Source: Octopus sinensis
Taxonomy: Eukaryota
DNA length: 64,000 nucleotides
Assembly: GCF_006345805.1 (NCBI RefSeq)
Contig: NW_021833039.1
Span: 22,458 to 86,457 of the forward strand
Direction of reading: 5' to 3'
Shown: positions 45,892 to 58,381 of the stretch, in pieces
How positions within the stretch are numbered: position 1 is the stretch's first letter
Layout of the letters: each line of letters begins with the position of its first letter
Notes under the pieces: model-generated
What the model was told of the DNA's origin: nothing
The model's database searches: none
The model's input: only the letters and a program-made list of their open reading frames with translations
Position numbers and translations under genes: made by a program

Positions 45892-47827
45892 TCACTCCTG
45901 CAAAAGACTAACAAGTGCGTCAAAGAATCTACTCTTGTCCTCGTCGAAAACCTCGACGACTACTCATAAGGGAGAGACCTCACCATTGGAGTCAAAGTAG
46001 TCGGGAATAAAGCGGGCATTGCTTTGCACGGCCGCCTGCTCGAATGCCTTGCCAAACAGACTATACTAAGGAGAGTGGACTGACTTGTTGGAATCGTCGG
46101 AGGAGTCGTAGGGGGGAATGCCCACAATCATAATAGTCTGGTCAGCCCTCCTGGCCGGCACACTCAACACCAACGGGAGAGTCCTGGCCCGTCGATGGCG
46201 ACTCTACTCTGGGGAAGTGAATGCCAACCACGGACACGAATGCGTGGAGCAGATGCCGGGCAAAGAGCTGAATACTGACAGGACTGGAGTAACTATAGAG
46301 GGAGGAATCCTCCTTTTAATAAAAACAACAACTTCCTGGGAGCAGTAGAGCAAGTTCCCCGTGGAAATGACGTGTCTCATGTCGAGGAGACTCTGCAACT
46401 GAAGGAAGGCAGCCTTGTACTTCTGACACACCACGTCAATGGGCGACCGGAGTTTGGCGATGTCGAAGCTGTGAATGAGGACAACACTCACCAGCCCACA
46501 TAATCCATCGCCTCCGCAAAGTAGGACGACCCCGACACCCCCTCCTCCTACCCTTCACCCAAACCAGTACCGATTGACTCAACACACTGGACAGGATGTG
46601 GACATGGTCGGAGGCAGCGAAGGCAGACCCGTAGCCTTGTCGGATGGTGAAGGAGGACATGAACAGACCACAGTTCTCCAGTCTGTACTCGGGCATGTGC
46701 GTCTCCATCAGTGTCTCCAGTTTGGACTTGAAGTGCACGTCCATCGAGGCGTACTTCTGCTTGCACTGCTCCAACGGAATCCTGCCAGTCGACAACTCCT
46801 CCCAACCCCAACTGGGCAAAGAACTCGTAGAAACGTTTCCTTCCGTTAATTTTCCATATCCCGAAGACGGAGGCGGGGACGAGTGTGTGCCACAGACTCT
46901 CGAACAGTGACCAATGTCGGTAGAGAACAATGTTCATTTCCCTCCTGAATGTGACCGTGAGGGGCGTCTCCGAGGCTCTGCCACTAACTTGGGGAGGAGA
47001 CCGATTATTAAGGCGGAGGGCGTGTGACTGGAGGGCAATCACCGCCTCCATGTATTTGTCCTCCACCACTTTGTTGGTCAGGAATTGCTCAGTGCAGCCC
47101 ACCACTGCGTACCACAACAACAGTTTGCTGTCCTTGGATAGTTTCCACGACAGTTCGAACATGAGGAGAGCAGTCTGCGTGTCAGTGCACATCATTACAC
47201 TCGAAACTGACCAACTGAACTTGGAGTACTCAAACAGCAGGGAATCCCTATGTTAGTGACACACACCACACCGATTGGCAGTCCACTCCCAAGTGTCCTC
47301 CTCACTCTCCTGGTCGCGGAACACGGACTCGTAGGGAGGCACGTGCCCAACTTGGTCCTCCTTCGAGCAGATGACCACTTGGAGGGAGTTGTACACGTTC
47401 GCCACGTCCAAAGGGCGGTGACTGGCAGTGTCAGGCAGGACTACACAGACTTGTCCAGAATGTAGAATCTCCCATGTTCGGGCTGTTCCAGCAGCTCGCA
47501 AATGTCCAAAGTGGCCCCAAAATTTATTAGAACTGCCACGACGTTCTGCACATTCCGAATGACGGGCAACCTCTTCCCAGGTCTGCTGATTGTATTTTTC
47601 GCAGAATTCATTCCAGCCAGAGACGGGGATGAAGGTGTAGGTGAGTTGGTCACTCTCCAGCATGTGCTAGACATACCCCGGGAGGACTACCTGCAGACAG
47701 GCCCATGCACACACCGCGTCCACGTCGCAGGCCGCGAAGACGATGACTCTCTACAAATAGCCCGCAGACCGACCTTCCCGAGTAGTTTGACATAAAAATC
47801 GGTTCTTAGGTCATGCACCACAACCAT
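45892..47827 (-). CDS. CDC45: Cell division control protein 45
   Basis: CDVDAVCA, LINFGATLD, HRPLDVANVY, LYRHWSLFESL, FSTDIGH, EDKSRFFDALVSLL-like C-terminus. Confidence 0.95.
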
Positions 47828-47957
47828 CCAGTTGTTCGCTCCCGGCCAATAATTAGAATTACAATCATTTGCTAATTTTTAACCAATCTTAATCTCTTCT
47901 ACATTCCCGAGCTTTATTCATTCACTTAGAGGAGGGAATTGAGGATATAACATTGTC

Positions 47958-49175
47958 TCAATTCACATCGCAAGAAATACAAAGGAGCACGGATCTAGTT
48001 CCCATCGCCACCACACGACACTCGGTGAGGGGTTTATTTGTAGCTTCGTCTGAAATAAGTAATGATAGCTGCACTCCATCCATCCAAATGGGGACTACAC
48101 AAAGAGGTTTAATTTCCTCGGAGGTGTACAAGACATCAAAATATTTTCTGGAGATGTTCTCTCCCAAAAACTCATCAGATACCAATAAAGGGACAGATCT
48201 TTTATTTCCTTCTGGAATCGAGAGAGATTCCCGCATAATTCACTACGCCCTACCCATTTCAAAGACTCGACAAATATCCAAAGAAATCAGTTTTCTAACT
48301 AACCTGCGACGGGACGCACAGTTCGCTGGAAGTGACCAAGATGTCAAAATATTTTTTATAGACGATGAAGTCCATTATTCCTTAAGGAATACCCCCAGGA
48401 CTATCCAGTTATCAAAAGGGGGATCTTTTCTGACATTCGAAAAGTGGACTGGGAAATATCCGGACATCAATTGAGTCCTGCCAAATCACCTGTGAAGAAA
48501 CTTGACGTTCAAGTAGTGGCGAGGAAATGTGCTGAGAGTGTTAGGAATTAGTACGAGATAGCGTCTAATCATTTCGAATGTCGTCATCAACGATGCGGGA
48601 CGTATACTTTGTGGACTTCGAGGCTTACAGCCCTGATCTTGTTAAGTTCCAATTCTGTGGTCCGTAACAGTCCACGTGCCACGAAAAAGGGTTTCAAACG
48701 GACATCGGCAATACAAAAACAGATCCTATGCAGAAGAGGAGGCAGGAAGTGGGAAAAAGGGAACTTCTATAACATCGCCGAGAAACGTTTTGCTAGTTTT
48801 CCCAGAACACGTAGTAAAATCTGTCACAATATTTGCAAGACCGTTTTGGATTATGAAAGTTGGAGAGATCACATTTGAACGAGTTTTGTCAGTAGGCATA
48901 GACAAAAAATAGCCTGGCGAATCACATTTATGTAGAAGGATATATTCATTCAGTTTACAAAAGAGATGCATTCCTCGAACTTGTTCTGCATTCTTTATTT
49001 TGGTAATTACGTTTCCGCTTTTATATTTTTTCAAAACCCCTCTTGAGACCTCCCGTACTTTGCTTAACTGTTTATTAATATACATGCACTTTTTATTCTT
49101 GAGGTGATCAGGACTGCCAGGTTGAATAGCCTGCACCTCCAAAAAAGAGGTGCATGCCAGCAACGTAATTATCAT
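47958..49175 (-). CDS. Hypothetical protein with N-terminal signal/anchor
   Basis: 149-aa ORF starting MIITLLACTSFL plus downstream open segments separated by GT-AG micro-introns; family not recognised. Confidence 0.35.
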
Positions 49176-49477
49176 CGTTCCATATGCTCAACTACCATAC
49201 TCTCCAATATTTCTGATTACACTGTAATCTTCCTGACAGCTACCAGTTTTTTTACGTGTCGTTAACAACTTGCAAAACTTGGTATTATATAAACGTGTTA
49301 TGTAATGACAGAAAAGCAAAGAGAGCCAATCCGAGAAGAAACCCCCGTTTAATTCCACATTAGCTTACTTCGGCGAGAATGTTCCGGATGAAGGAAGTAC
49401 ATTGCGACGTCTGAAAAATAATGATGAAATATTAACATGGTAATTCGATTAAGATTAATTGTCGTAAATAAATATTA

Positions 49478-50161
49478 ATGGCTGAGGTGGCCTACTGGAT
49501 ACTTCAGGAGGGCACTCCTCTCCGGTTTGTCAGAGGTAATCGAATTATTGTAATTTGTGATAGAAAACCTGTTCGAGTGCAAAGCAACCATTTCCCTCAT
49601 CCAGGCTGATTACAACATAGTAGTCGACACAGGGTCGCCCTGGGATAGAGACCGACTAATTGAGGGTATCAGCCGACTCTAATGACAGAGCTGGGCAGAC
49701 ATGACCTGACTCCTCGGGACATTGACTACTGCATATGCACACACGGACACCTCGATCACGTGGGGAACATTGGACTCTTCACCTGGTCGACCGTGATTGT
49801 GTCCGAGGATGTTTGCAATAACGATTTATACGACATGGGATGTTCGGGGAGGGTGACTTGAGTGGAGGTGTATTGTCAGTACAGCATTGGGAAACATGTC
49901 GAAGTACTGTCCACGCCGGGTCACGACGCCCGGGACATTTCCGTGTTGTTGAGGGACACTCCGGAGGGGACAGTCGTATTCTGTGGTCTCTTTAGGAGTA
50001 TAACGTAAGGGGACACATTCGAGTGTAAGGATGACGATGAGTTATGGAAAGGACACAGCTTTGACCAAGAACGGCAACTAATCAGCAGGAATGAGCTTTT
50101 GGGATTAGCCGACGTGATAGTGCCCGGACATGGCCCTCCATTTAGTGTGAGGGATAAGTGA
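49478..50161 (+). CDS. MBLAC1: Metallo-beta-lactamase domain protein 1
   Basis: IVVDTGSPW, THGHLDHVGN (HxHxDH), TPGH, DVIVPGHG. Confidence 0.9.
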
Positions 50162-50183
50162 CACTCATTGATTAATATGTTAC

Positions 50184-51805
50184 TCATATTCGTGACACAA
50201 CTCTGAGACAGTCGACGGGGACGTAGCCCTGTTCCTCCTTCCCCCGACATCGACTGACGTAGTGCCACCCAATCCTCGACCCCTCGCACAATATCTCCAA
50301 CTTCTCCCCCGCCGCCACCGACATGGCCCGGTCGCAAGTCGCTGCACTAACACACAACACCAACAGTGATAGTCCGTCTTCACCAACGCGTACAGGGGTT
50401 CGTAGACTGACGAGAATTCTCTGCTTTGCCTACAAATCAACTCGCAACGTAAACCGAACGGCTGGACTGCACACACCGCCCCTGCTCATAGTCAGCCATA
50501 CCTAACCTGAGAACACTTTCTGCCTCCAGTATTTTGCCCACGAGTGTCGTGCAGGTCTGAATCACTCGAAAGTATACCCTTTCATCCGACACTTTTTTCA
50601 ACGCATTTTTGATGTTCTTGTCCACTTTGGAAAGAAGGGACTCCAGTCGGCACATGTTTCCCAGTCTGGGGTTGGACTCGTACACATTTCGGAGAGCCCC
50701 CAGTTTCAGCCTAACCTCCACTGCCCTCCTCACCTTTGGTTGGCCAACTTGTGAATGTGGAGACCAAATGTTCGACAGTCTTGTCCTGTTTGGTGTTCTG
50801 TTCGTAGTCCGGCGGCACGACGGGGGCAGGCAACTCCCTTTTGATGGACGTCTGACACATTTCCTCGACCACCTAAACGGGATTACACTTCGAGGCTTCC
50901 TTGGAATAACTCAACTTGTCCACCAAACTGGGCAACTGGCCGATTCTCCCAAACACAAGCTCGAATTGGCTGTGGAGAACGGAGGAGAAGTGGCTGAGCA
51001 CATCCCGTTCCCCCTCCACCCGCCGTTCGGTCTGCGAGGCCAAGTCCTGCGCGTGAAGGGTGGGGGAAACCTTGACCAACGCGTCGACTTGTACGAGAAT
51101 GCAGTTGTGTCGGAGGGTGTTGAACTTGGTGGCCTCGTCCTTGCACAGAGTGTCCACGCGGGAGAAGATCTCATTCCGCAGGTCCTCGTTCTTCCTCGAC
51201 TTGTCTTGCTCTTCCTCGGACTTGTCGGACTCCACTGTCCGCCGATGGGCCTTCGAGGCGTCGAGGAAGGCTCGTCGATGTGCCTCGAAATGCTGAATTG
51301 GTCATTTTATCAGACCTGTGCCAATACTCCTTGTTCCTTCGATATCTTGGAGAATGTCGAGTCGTAGGCTTTCTCTGCCTGGGAGTGACACAAGCACATT
51401 GCCTTCTTGTTGTTCGTTCTGAAGGAGTTTATGTTCATTTTGAATATTTCGTCGTTCTGGCTGTAATTCTCGAACACCTTCTCAAACAACTGCCCCACCT
51501 CCCTCGTCCAGTCGAGCACGGAAGAGAAGACCAGTCTGTCGTCACTGGGTAACACATCCCACCAACTTGCAGTACTCCCGCAGCTTTATTTGGTAGTACT
51601 TGTCCGACAGTTTCCTACCGTTGGAATACGCCCATACTTCAGCGTGGACCCGTAGTTCCTGGTGGCTGCCGCAAAGTCCTTGCAGAACTCGTTCACTTGC
51701 GCGTAAAAGTCGATGCCCTTCGCGTCAAAGTCAGTCAAGTCCCCAAAGTTGTTCTGAGGGAGGAGGCAGAGGAATTACCCAAAAAGTGTAGTCCCAAGCA
51801 GTCAT
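50184..51805 (-). CDS. F-BAR/HR1/SH3 protein (CIP4/FNBP1/Toca-1 family)
   Basis: N-terminal FCH (W....W.NF..L...GIDF), coiled F-BAR, HR1-like VYESNPRLGN, SH3 end EEQGYVP. Confidence 0.8.
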
Positions 51806-52825
51806 GGAAATTACTATTGCGAAGAATCAATACCGCTTTCGATTATTTCAAGTATAACAACTAATAAATTATATTTATAAATATTACTTTATACACTCGA
51901 CGGCGATGACTCTGTCAATCCAATAATCAATGCAGATACGAATAGTCCGCAGGGAATATATGTTCTCCACAAATAACAATCAGTATAGCCGGTGTTCTAA
52001 TCAGTCGAAATTAGGAGTTCATTATTGAACTATCATAAAGTTCCCACATAGGCAACACATGGATCACATTTATCCGCAGCTGTGTGCTATACCCCTGCTG
52101 TCTTTTACTGCGTTGAAAGTATTTTGAGATAACAGTAAATTGTTCGTGGATGTCCTTTGTCGTCTTTGTGATTTAATTCCAATGCCCAGTTAGCACATGT
52201 GCCCAAATAAACGCCAAGGAGCTTTGGTCGTGTCCATAGTTAAGTGTCTACTGTTGCAGGTATAATGAGTTTAAAAATTACAATTAGTTGTATCTTATTT
52301 TAGTTCAATAAACATTTTGTAATTTTATCGAGGTAAACCCTAATAAATGTATGAAATAGACTTGAATAAAGTAATACGTTGCGTCTAAATATGGATAATG
52401 TGTGCTGTTACGAATCACTCATGTCTCGACTCGTCCGAACTGTGAATCCTTGAATTCCTTAAATTCTTTAGTTGAGGTCTCAAGAGGGAGCTCAGGATGG
52501 TAATTATTTGTCGACATTTGATATGTGTAGTTGACAAAAATGTACTGACAACAGGAATCACAGTACTAATTATCATATTCTGCATTTTCGCACTGTTCCG
52601 AACAATCTCTCGGACATCCGGCAAATCCTCATCTGTATCGTAACTGATGTTATTTTAGCGGAGGGACGGTCCCTCGGAGGACGGACTGGCTCTGTAGATA
52701 ACAAATAACCGGACACTAACCCAATTAATAATTATGTCTCTCTCTTCTTGTTTGACCGAGCTGTTAGTCGATAATCAATATGCTATGTTTGCCCTCACAC
52801 TAAACTGAGAGGACTGTCCAATAAG

Positions 52826-53136
52826 TCACCATCCTCCGACAGTCCTATAGTGGTGTGAATAATATTAAATATAGTAATGAGCATAAAGTATGTGCTATTT
52901 ATTACGACGGAAATCACTTTTGAAGGACACATTCAATGTCTTACCCTCTGAGGCACCCATCAAATGGAAGGTGAGTACATCCTCCGTGTCCTCGGCAGTC
53001 CTATGTGAATAATAATAAATATGGCAATAGTAATAAGCATAACGATCAATGTAAAAGGTAATATATGTGCTATTTATTACGACGGAAATCACTTTTGAAG
53101 GACACATTCAATGTCTTACCCTCTGAGGCACCCATC
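52826..53136. repeat. Tandem duplication of the ELAV-like gene 3' end
   Basis: 73 bp identical at 52889-52961 and 53064-53136; flanking parts (about 52826-52888 vs 52975-53063) similar but with indels. Confidence 0.9.
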
Positions 53137-54079
53137 TTGGACATGTTCAGGGCGGCCACGGCAGCACAGGCCTCCTCGTATTTCACAAAGTTGACAAAAC
53201 CAATACTACTCGCCCAGGTGGTGTTGCCTGGGAGGGAATTGACCGAGGCAATGGCCCCGAACCGAGAAAAGAGTTGGTACAAGTGGAGATTAGTAGATCC
53301 TGGGATTAGGTTGGACACATAGACACAGTGGTGTTGCACAGGGGGCACATTCCGGGCAACAGGACTATACCGAAAGTAGTCATAGTGGGAGTAGGGGAGG
53401 AAGCCAGTGGTCACTTTGACGGAGGACTGTCGGGCATATCGCACAATTATGTGTTTGTCAGTGCCTGGGAGTACTTGTTTGCAGTTGAGCACGGCAATGG
53501 CCGACTCTGCACACACAGGGTGGTAGAACATGACCATTCCACTGCACTTGGACATGCCGTGGGCGTCCACCAACAGTTTGAGGGACTGCACAGGCCCGAA
53601 TGTCTCGAAAAGCATCTTCAAATTGTTTTCCATGAACGAGGGCGGCAGGTTCTGCACGTACAAATTCCGCAGTTCAGTCTTGCCCGTCTGACAGCGAGAG
53701 AAGCTGACGTGGATGGCCTTTTGGTCGACGACATGCCCGTCGAGTGTGTCGATGGCCTTCTGGGACTGTTCCTGTGTGCCGTAGGAAATGAATCCGTAGC
53801 AGAGGGAGGTGCCACACGACTGGTCCATCATCAGTCGACAGTTGGTGACCTGAGTGAGGGGGAGGCCGTACATTGGGGACTGTCGTGAAGAGGGAGAATA
53901 ACGATTCGGGGGTGATTGAGGGGGCCAGGTTGCTGACAATCAGTTCGCACTTGTCCACTACGAGTGTGTGGGGGAAATGCCCAATGGACTGCTGAGGGGG
54001 GAGAGGGGGATTCATGTACCCGTTTCTCGCATTTGTTTCTACATTGTAGGGCTGGATAACAACAACCAACAAAACTCAT
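53070..54079 (-). CDS. ELAV/Hu-like three-RRM RNA-binding protein
   Basis: LIVSNL...CRLMMD...SLCYGFISY...AIDTLDG, NLYVQNLP, RRM3 VYVSNL...GFVNF...LNVSFK. Confidence 0.88.
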
Positions 54080-54118
54080 GTCAATTATATAATTAATTCA
54101 ATTTATTTAAACAACTGA

Positions 54119-54964
54119 TTACAACTCAAAACCTGCACAATAAAAAGTATTACAGTCCTCCGATATATAACTCTCCTTCGACCTGACTGGCCCACTCAGA
54201 ATAGAACTGGACCTGACATAGTCCTGTCTGTCAATCCCCACTTCCTTCCTCACCACTCCGCCCCTCAGCCTGCCAATAAACAGACTGGCACAACCGGGCA
54301 TACTCCCTCTGATTGAGCACCACACATTTCTTCCCGAATTTGTCCAGACTAATGTCCATGTCCTCTCCTGTGGCCAGCAGCCACCCTTCTCGACAGTCCT
54401 TATACTTGAGGACGGTCACCATCCACCGGCCATACTCGTCCAGCCAGAACCCCACGACATGCACAACCTCCCCCTCCCCACAACTGAAAGTGTCATTCGA
54501 GGCCAATTCGACGGGACTGTCCCCCGCTGACCGAACTCGACTGAACCAGACATCCCGGGCAACCTCCCGACCGGACTGCAATACAACCAGGAATGAGTAC
54601 TGCGAGGACACATCGGAAGGGGGCTCCCTTGTGCACGCCCACCCACGTATGAGTTGGGATTACATTCGGAGGGTCTGTCCGTTCACCACACACAATACTC
54701 GCTGGACGGATTACCACCGTCGTGTTCGTCGTCGGTTTCGCTTTCTTTGAGGGGACAGTCCGATCCAGCACTGTTGATTGCAGTCCTTCTTTTCCTGGTC
54801 TTTTTCGCTTCTCTGAGGATTTCGCGTGGGTCTTCTTTGTGGGAGGACCAGTCTCCTTGGTCGACGTTGGTTGTTCTCTGATGGACGCATCTCCCACTTG
54901 GACGACAACTGATGTCTTGAGTGGAGTGGACTAGGGGGATATTGGGTGGTCATACTGATTTCAT
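54119..54964 (-). CDS. BAH-domain chromatin protein (BAHD1/BAHCC1-like)
   Basis: VVGFWLDEYGRWMVTVLKY...LLATGED...CVVLNQREYARL...FYCAG resembles the BAH consensus; basic N-terminus; 25-nt first intron. Confidence 0.55.
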
Positions 54965-55184
54965 TTGTGTGATTTCGAGTGGTTTATCTACCATTTGTGC
55001 ACAATTGGGGAACCATTTATATAAATTGATTTTAGAGGACGAGTCGAGTACACATTGGAGAGAGTAACAGTCCCGTTCTCCTGGTAGTTGATTGATACTT
55101 TATTTATCTTAATCTTTTTAACGACTGTTCGCATGTTGGACAACAAGACGCAACCAAAAACAACAATTTATAACACGTAATTTA

Positions 55185-55870
55185 TTTATTAGGAACAAAA
55201 ACAACGTCATAACCATAATTAACTATTTCAGGTGATCCCAGCCTCTTTTAAAAACCTTCGCATCTTTTCTGTGTGTTCTACAGCGCATTGTCTAAGAGGG
55301 CGGGGATCCCGAACTTTTTTCCTGAGGTCTCCACCGTTTTCTTTCACGATTTCTTCTAGTCCATTTGGTTGAATTTTGTTCCCTGTGACATTCGCTAGGA
55401 GGTTTACAATCTCCATTTGAATATTGTCGATTTTTTCGACATTTGAATATGCTAGATTGCTTCCCCATACTGTACATCCGTAACCAATTGTCGGTTTAAT
55501 GTATTGGGTGTATAGAGACTCTAATCCGTAAGTTCCTTTGGCGTCTTCCAAGTTTCCAAGAAATGCTTTAAAAGGTTTAATTTCGTCAACACGTTTTCGG
55601 TATGGGGAGTAAAGGTTAGAAAGGTGTCAAAGGTGATCCCAGTATCTTTAGAGTTTTATTTGGAGGAATTGATTTCCCTTCCATGGTCACATTTATCGAC
55701 TAATTCCTCAGTCTTTTGTTAGTTGTGAAAAAGGTTAGCTCAGACTTTTCCGGGCTTGCTTTCAACAGATTGGCATTGAGCCATATACACAGGTTATTTA
55801 TATTTTTCTGTAATCTTCTTGTAGCTTCGCTGACACATATATCCCTCGAACAAGAATCCTCGGGATCCAG
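55185..55870 (-). mobile_element. LINE 3' fragment, GIT-stop family
   Basis: RLQKNINNL..WL, LYTQYIKP..YGCTVWG, ends EAGIT* then TAATAAATAAA. Confidence 0.85.
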
Positions 55871-55929
55871 GTTCTTTCCGACCCATCTCTCTGCTTTGTG
55901 TCGCTTCGAAAGTTTGGGAGATTCATTTT

Positions 55930-56900
55930 GGATCACATATATCCGCACACCAACCTGGTTTCGCCCATCTCACTCCACCTCTACGCACCTAACAAAACTA
56001 ACGGACTTTATTGCGGATGGTTTTAATGACAACAAACCTCCACTTCGCACAATTCTGGCCACGATCGACATTGCAGAAGCCTTCGACAAGACTTCCCGTC
56101 ATGTTCTTTCAAACAATATTACAGCGACGAACATTCCCCCAATGATTCAAAAATGGCTCAAGTCGTTCATATCCGGCAGACTGGGTCGCACTTTGTTCAT
56201 GTCGATACTTACCGAATGGAGTCCCGCAAGGATCGGCTCTCTCCCCGGTCTCGTTTAACCTCCACCTGAGCAGTTTGCCTAAGCTGGAAGACACTTTGAT
56301 CCTGTCTTATGCTGCTGATTTGATCTTGGCGGCTAGAAACAAGAACATTTCAACTGCTTCCACAGGCCTACAAACTCATCTGGATTTATTGAAGTCTTGG
56401 CTTGTAACCAACCACCCTCTCCTTCCAAGTCCAGTGTTACGTTCTTCACCAGTGACCGTCGCCAGCTAGACCAGCATCCAGAGTTGAAAATCTTTGGAGA
56501 ACGCCTCCCCATCTCAAAAACTGATCTACGACCAACCTCTTACCTTCTCCCCTCATGTTGACCACATAATCAAAAAAGTAAACAAAAAGAGGAATGCCTT
56601 CCGTGCAGTGGCCGGATCCTCCTTCGGTCAAGACAAAGAAACGCTAAGAATAATCTACAAACAATATGTCAGGACCTCCCTTAACTACGCTAGCCTCACT
56701 TGGGGCTCCTCTCTTTCATCCAGCAACATTCAAAAACTCCAAAGGATCCAAAATGGTGCTTTCCGATCAATTGCCGGATGCATGTTATTCACTCCTTCCG
56801 ACCATCTCCACTGGAAACCACCATTCTCCCTGTGGAAGATCACCTTCGCATCCGGAACCTGCAATTCCTCAGTGCGGTCATGGAATCAGACCATGTCATT
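55930..56900 (+). mobile_element. Decayed LINE RT of a different subfamily, head-to-head with the previous one
   Basis: TIDIAEAFDK, QGSALSP, SYAADL (YADD mutated), YKQYVRTSLNYAS..W; frameshifts. Confidence 0.85.
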
Positions 56901-56973
56901 TCCTCACCCATACAAAAACAGCCGTTTCAGTCATTGCAAACCATTTCAGTCCACAGAGAACTATGAAAATGTC

Positions 56974-57594
56974 TTAGAAAAATATATTATCAAAATAAAG
57001 GTCAGTCAAATCAGGCTTTGGCATGTCTGGTTGGCTGTAGAAAGTGTCGTCGGCCATGCGCATTTTATTGGTTTGGATGGAGTAGTCCAACTGGAATGTG
57101 AATGAGCACACACCTTGTCCTTCTCTCTGTCGAGGAGCACTCTGCACTCGTGCGGCCCCATGTCCTGGTTCTTGAACAGCACATCCGAGACGACGGTCTG
57201 GTTGGCCAGCAAGTAGTGGTGGTTCTGCATGGTGTCCCACAAAGACGTCAACTGCCCCAACTGCTCACTCAACACAGAGTGGTTGAAGGACATGAGGTTG
57301 TCCTTATACCGCCTCTTCTCCCGGGACTTCCTGGCAGCCTGGTTGGGCAGGGGGGAGTACTTCGTTGTTCTTCATCCTCTTCTCCCGGTAGTCCCTGTCT
57401 GTGTGTTCGGGCACGTCCTCCTGTTTGCAGAAGGTGTCACTCGAGTCGAGGAAATAGGGCCATTCGGGGAGTTGTGGGTACTGCAGAAAGTGACTGTCGT
57501 GTGGCCAAAGGGGGTAGTCCTCGGTCTCCTGTGTGATGGGGAAGTAGAAGGAGTCGTCAAAGGAATAACGGGAATTGATTCCGTCATCTTCCAT
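56974..57594 (-). CDS. bZIP transcription factor (PAR/E4BP4/C-EBP-like basic region)
   Basis: DYREKRMKNNE|AARKSREKRR after a 22-nt intron; weak leucine zipper. Confidence 0.8.
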
Positions 57595-57752
57595 GACCTA
57601 AACATATTCGAATAACAGTCATCACTACTAAATGAACATTAATAATAATAAAACTACTCTGTGGTGGAGTGGACGACACTACGGCTATATATATGACAGA
57701 GTTATGCAATTATCGATCACACACGCCACATGACACACCCAACAAACACACT

Positions 57753-58255
57753 TTATTGGCAATAGTAACCCAGTCGGGACTCGTAGAAGGAGATGACCGT
57801 CTGCGGACACCGAGCATTCGCCACCGACACAGGAATCAGGTCGTAGAGGGGAGTACTCGACTTCCTGCACAATCGACAGGGTTGGATACCACTTCATCAG
57901 GAACATTGGCCTTCCCTCTATTTTCTGCAGTTCGACAATCCTCTCGGGGAGAAGGCCTCGATTAAAACCCGTCTCCCCCTCCAGTCCAGTGGGACTCACT
58001 TCCACAAGTCTCCTCACACTTGAACTGGCCGACTTTGCTTTTTTGGCCCGCTTAATCTGTTTGCATTTATTTTCATATTTTTTGATGAGGTTAGGGGAGA
58101 ACATGCCACATTCCGCCTCCCACGTGTTTTTGTCGCTGAAATGACATTGCGGAATACCTGGGGAGCCCCTTCCACTTGACCAAATAGTGGGTGATGCCGT
58201 TGACCACCTTCTTATCCTTAATGCTTTCCACCTCAAAAGTGTCTGTCGGCGACAT
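57753..58255 (-). CDS. CBX: Heterochromatin protein 1 (chromo + chromoshadow)
   Basis: FEVESIKDKKVVNGITHYLVKWKGLPS|DKNTWE; GFNRGLLPERIV...FLMKW; CPQTVISFYE. Confidence 0.93.
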
Positions 58256-58381
58256 GATTTATACGAATATATTAACAACAATACAAGTCAGTTTGAATAA
58301 CTTGTACTATTAAAAATATTAATTTTGATTTATCTTAAATTAATTAGTTTAATAAACAAAGACTGATTATTTTGCTCGAAC
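58256..58381. promoter_or_regulatory. 126-bp AT-rich putative bidirectional promoter between HP1 and MCEE
   Basis: Divergent ATGs at 58255 and 58382 with only AT-rich DNA between them; function inferred from geometry. Confidence 0.55.

Noticed and set aside
47953-48474. 173-aa plus-strand ORF as a separate gene
   Set aside because: No recognisable motifs and overlaps probable minus-strand exons; cannot be supported.
51900-52860. Spliced continuation of ELAV or a separate gene
   Set aside because: Candidate junctions lead to early stops in each frame tried; unresolved.
55185-56900. Single LINE with twin-priming 5' inversion
   Set aside because: Both arms encode the same RT region with different sequences, so they are two independent elements.
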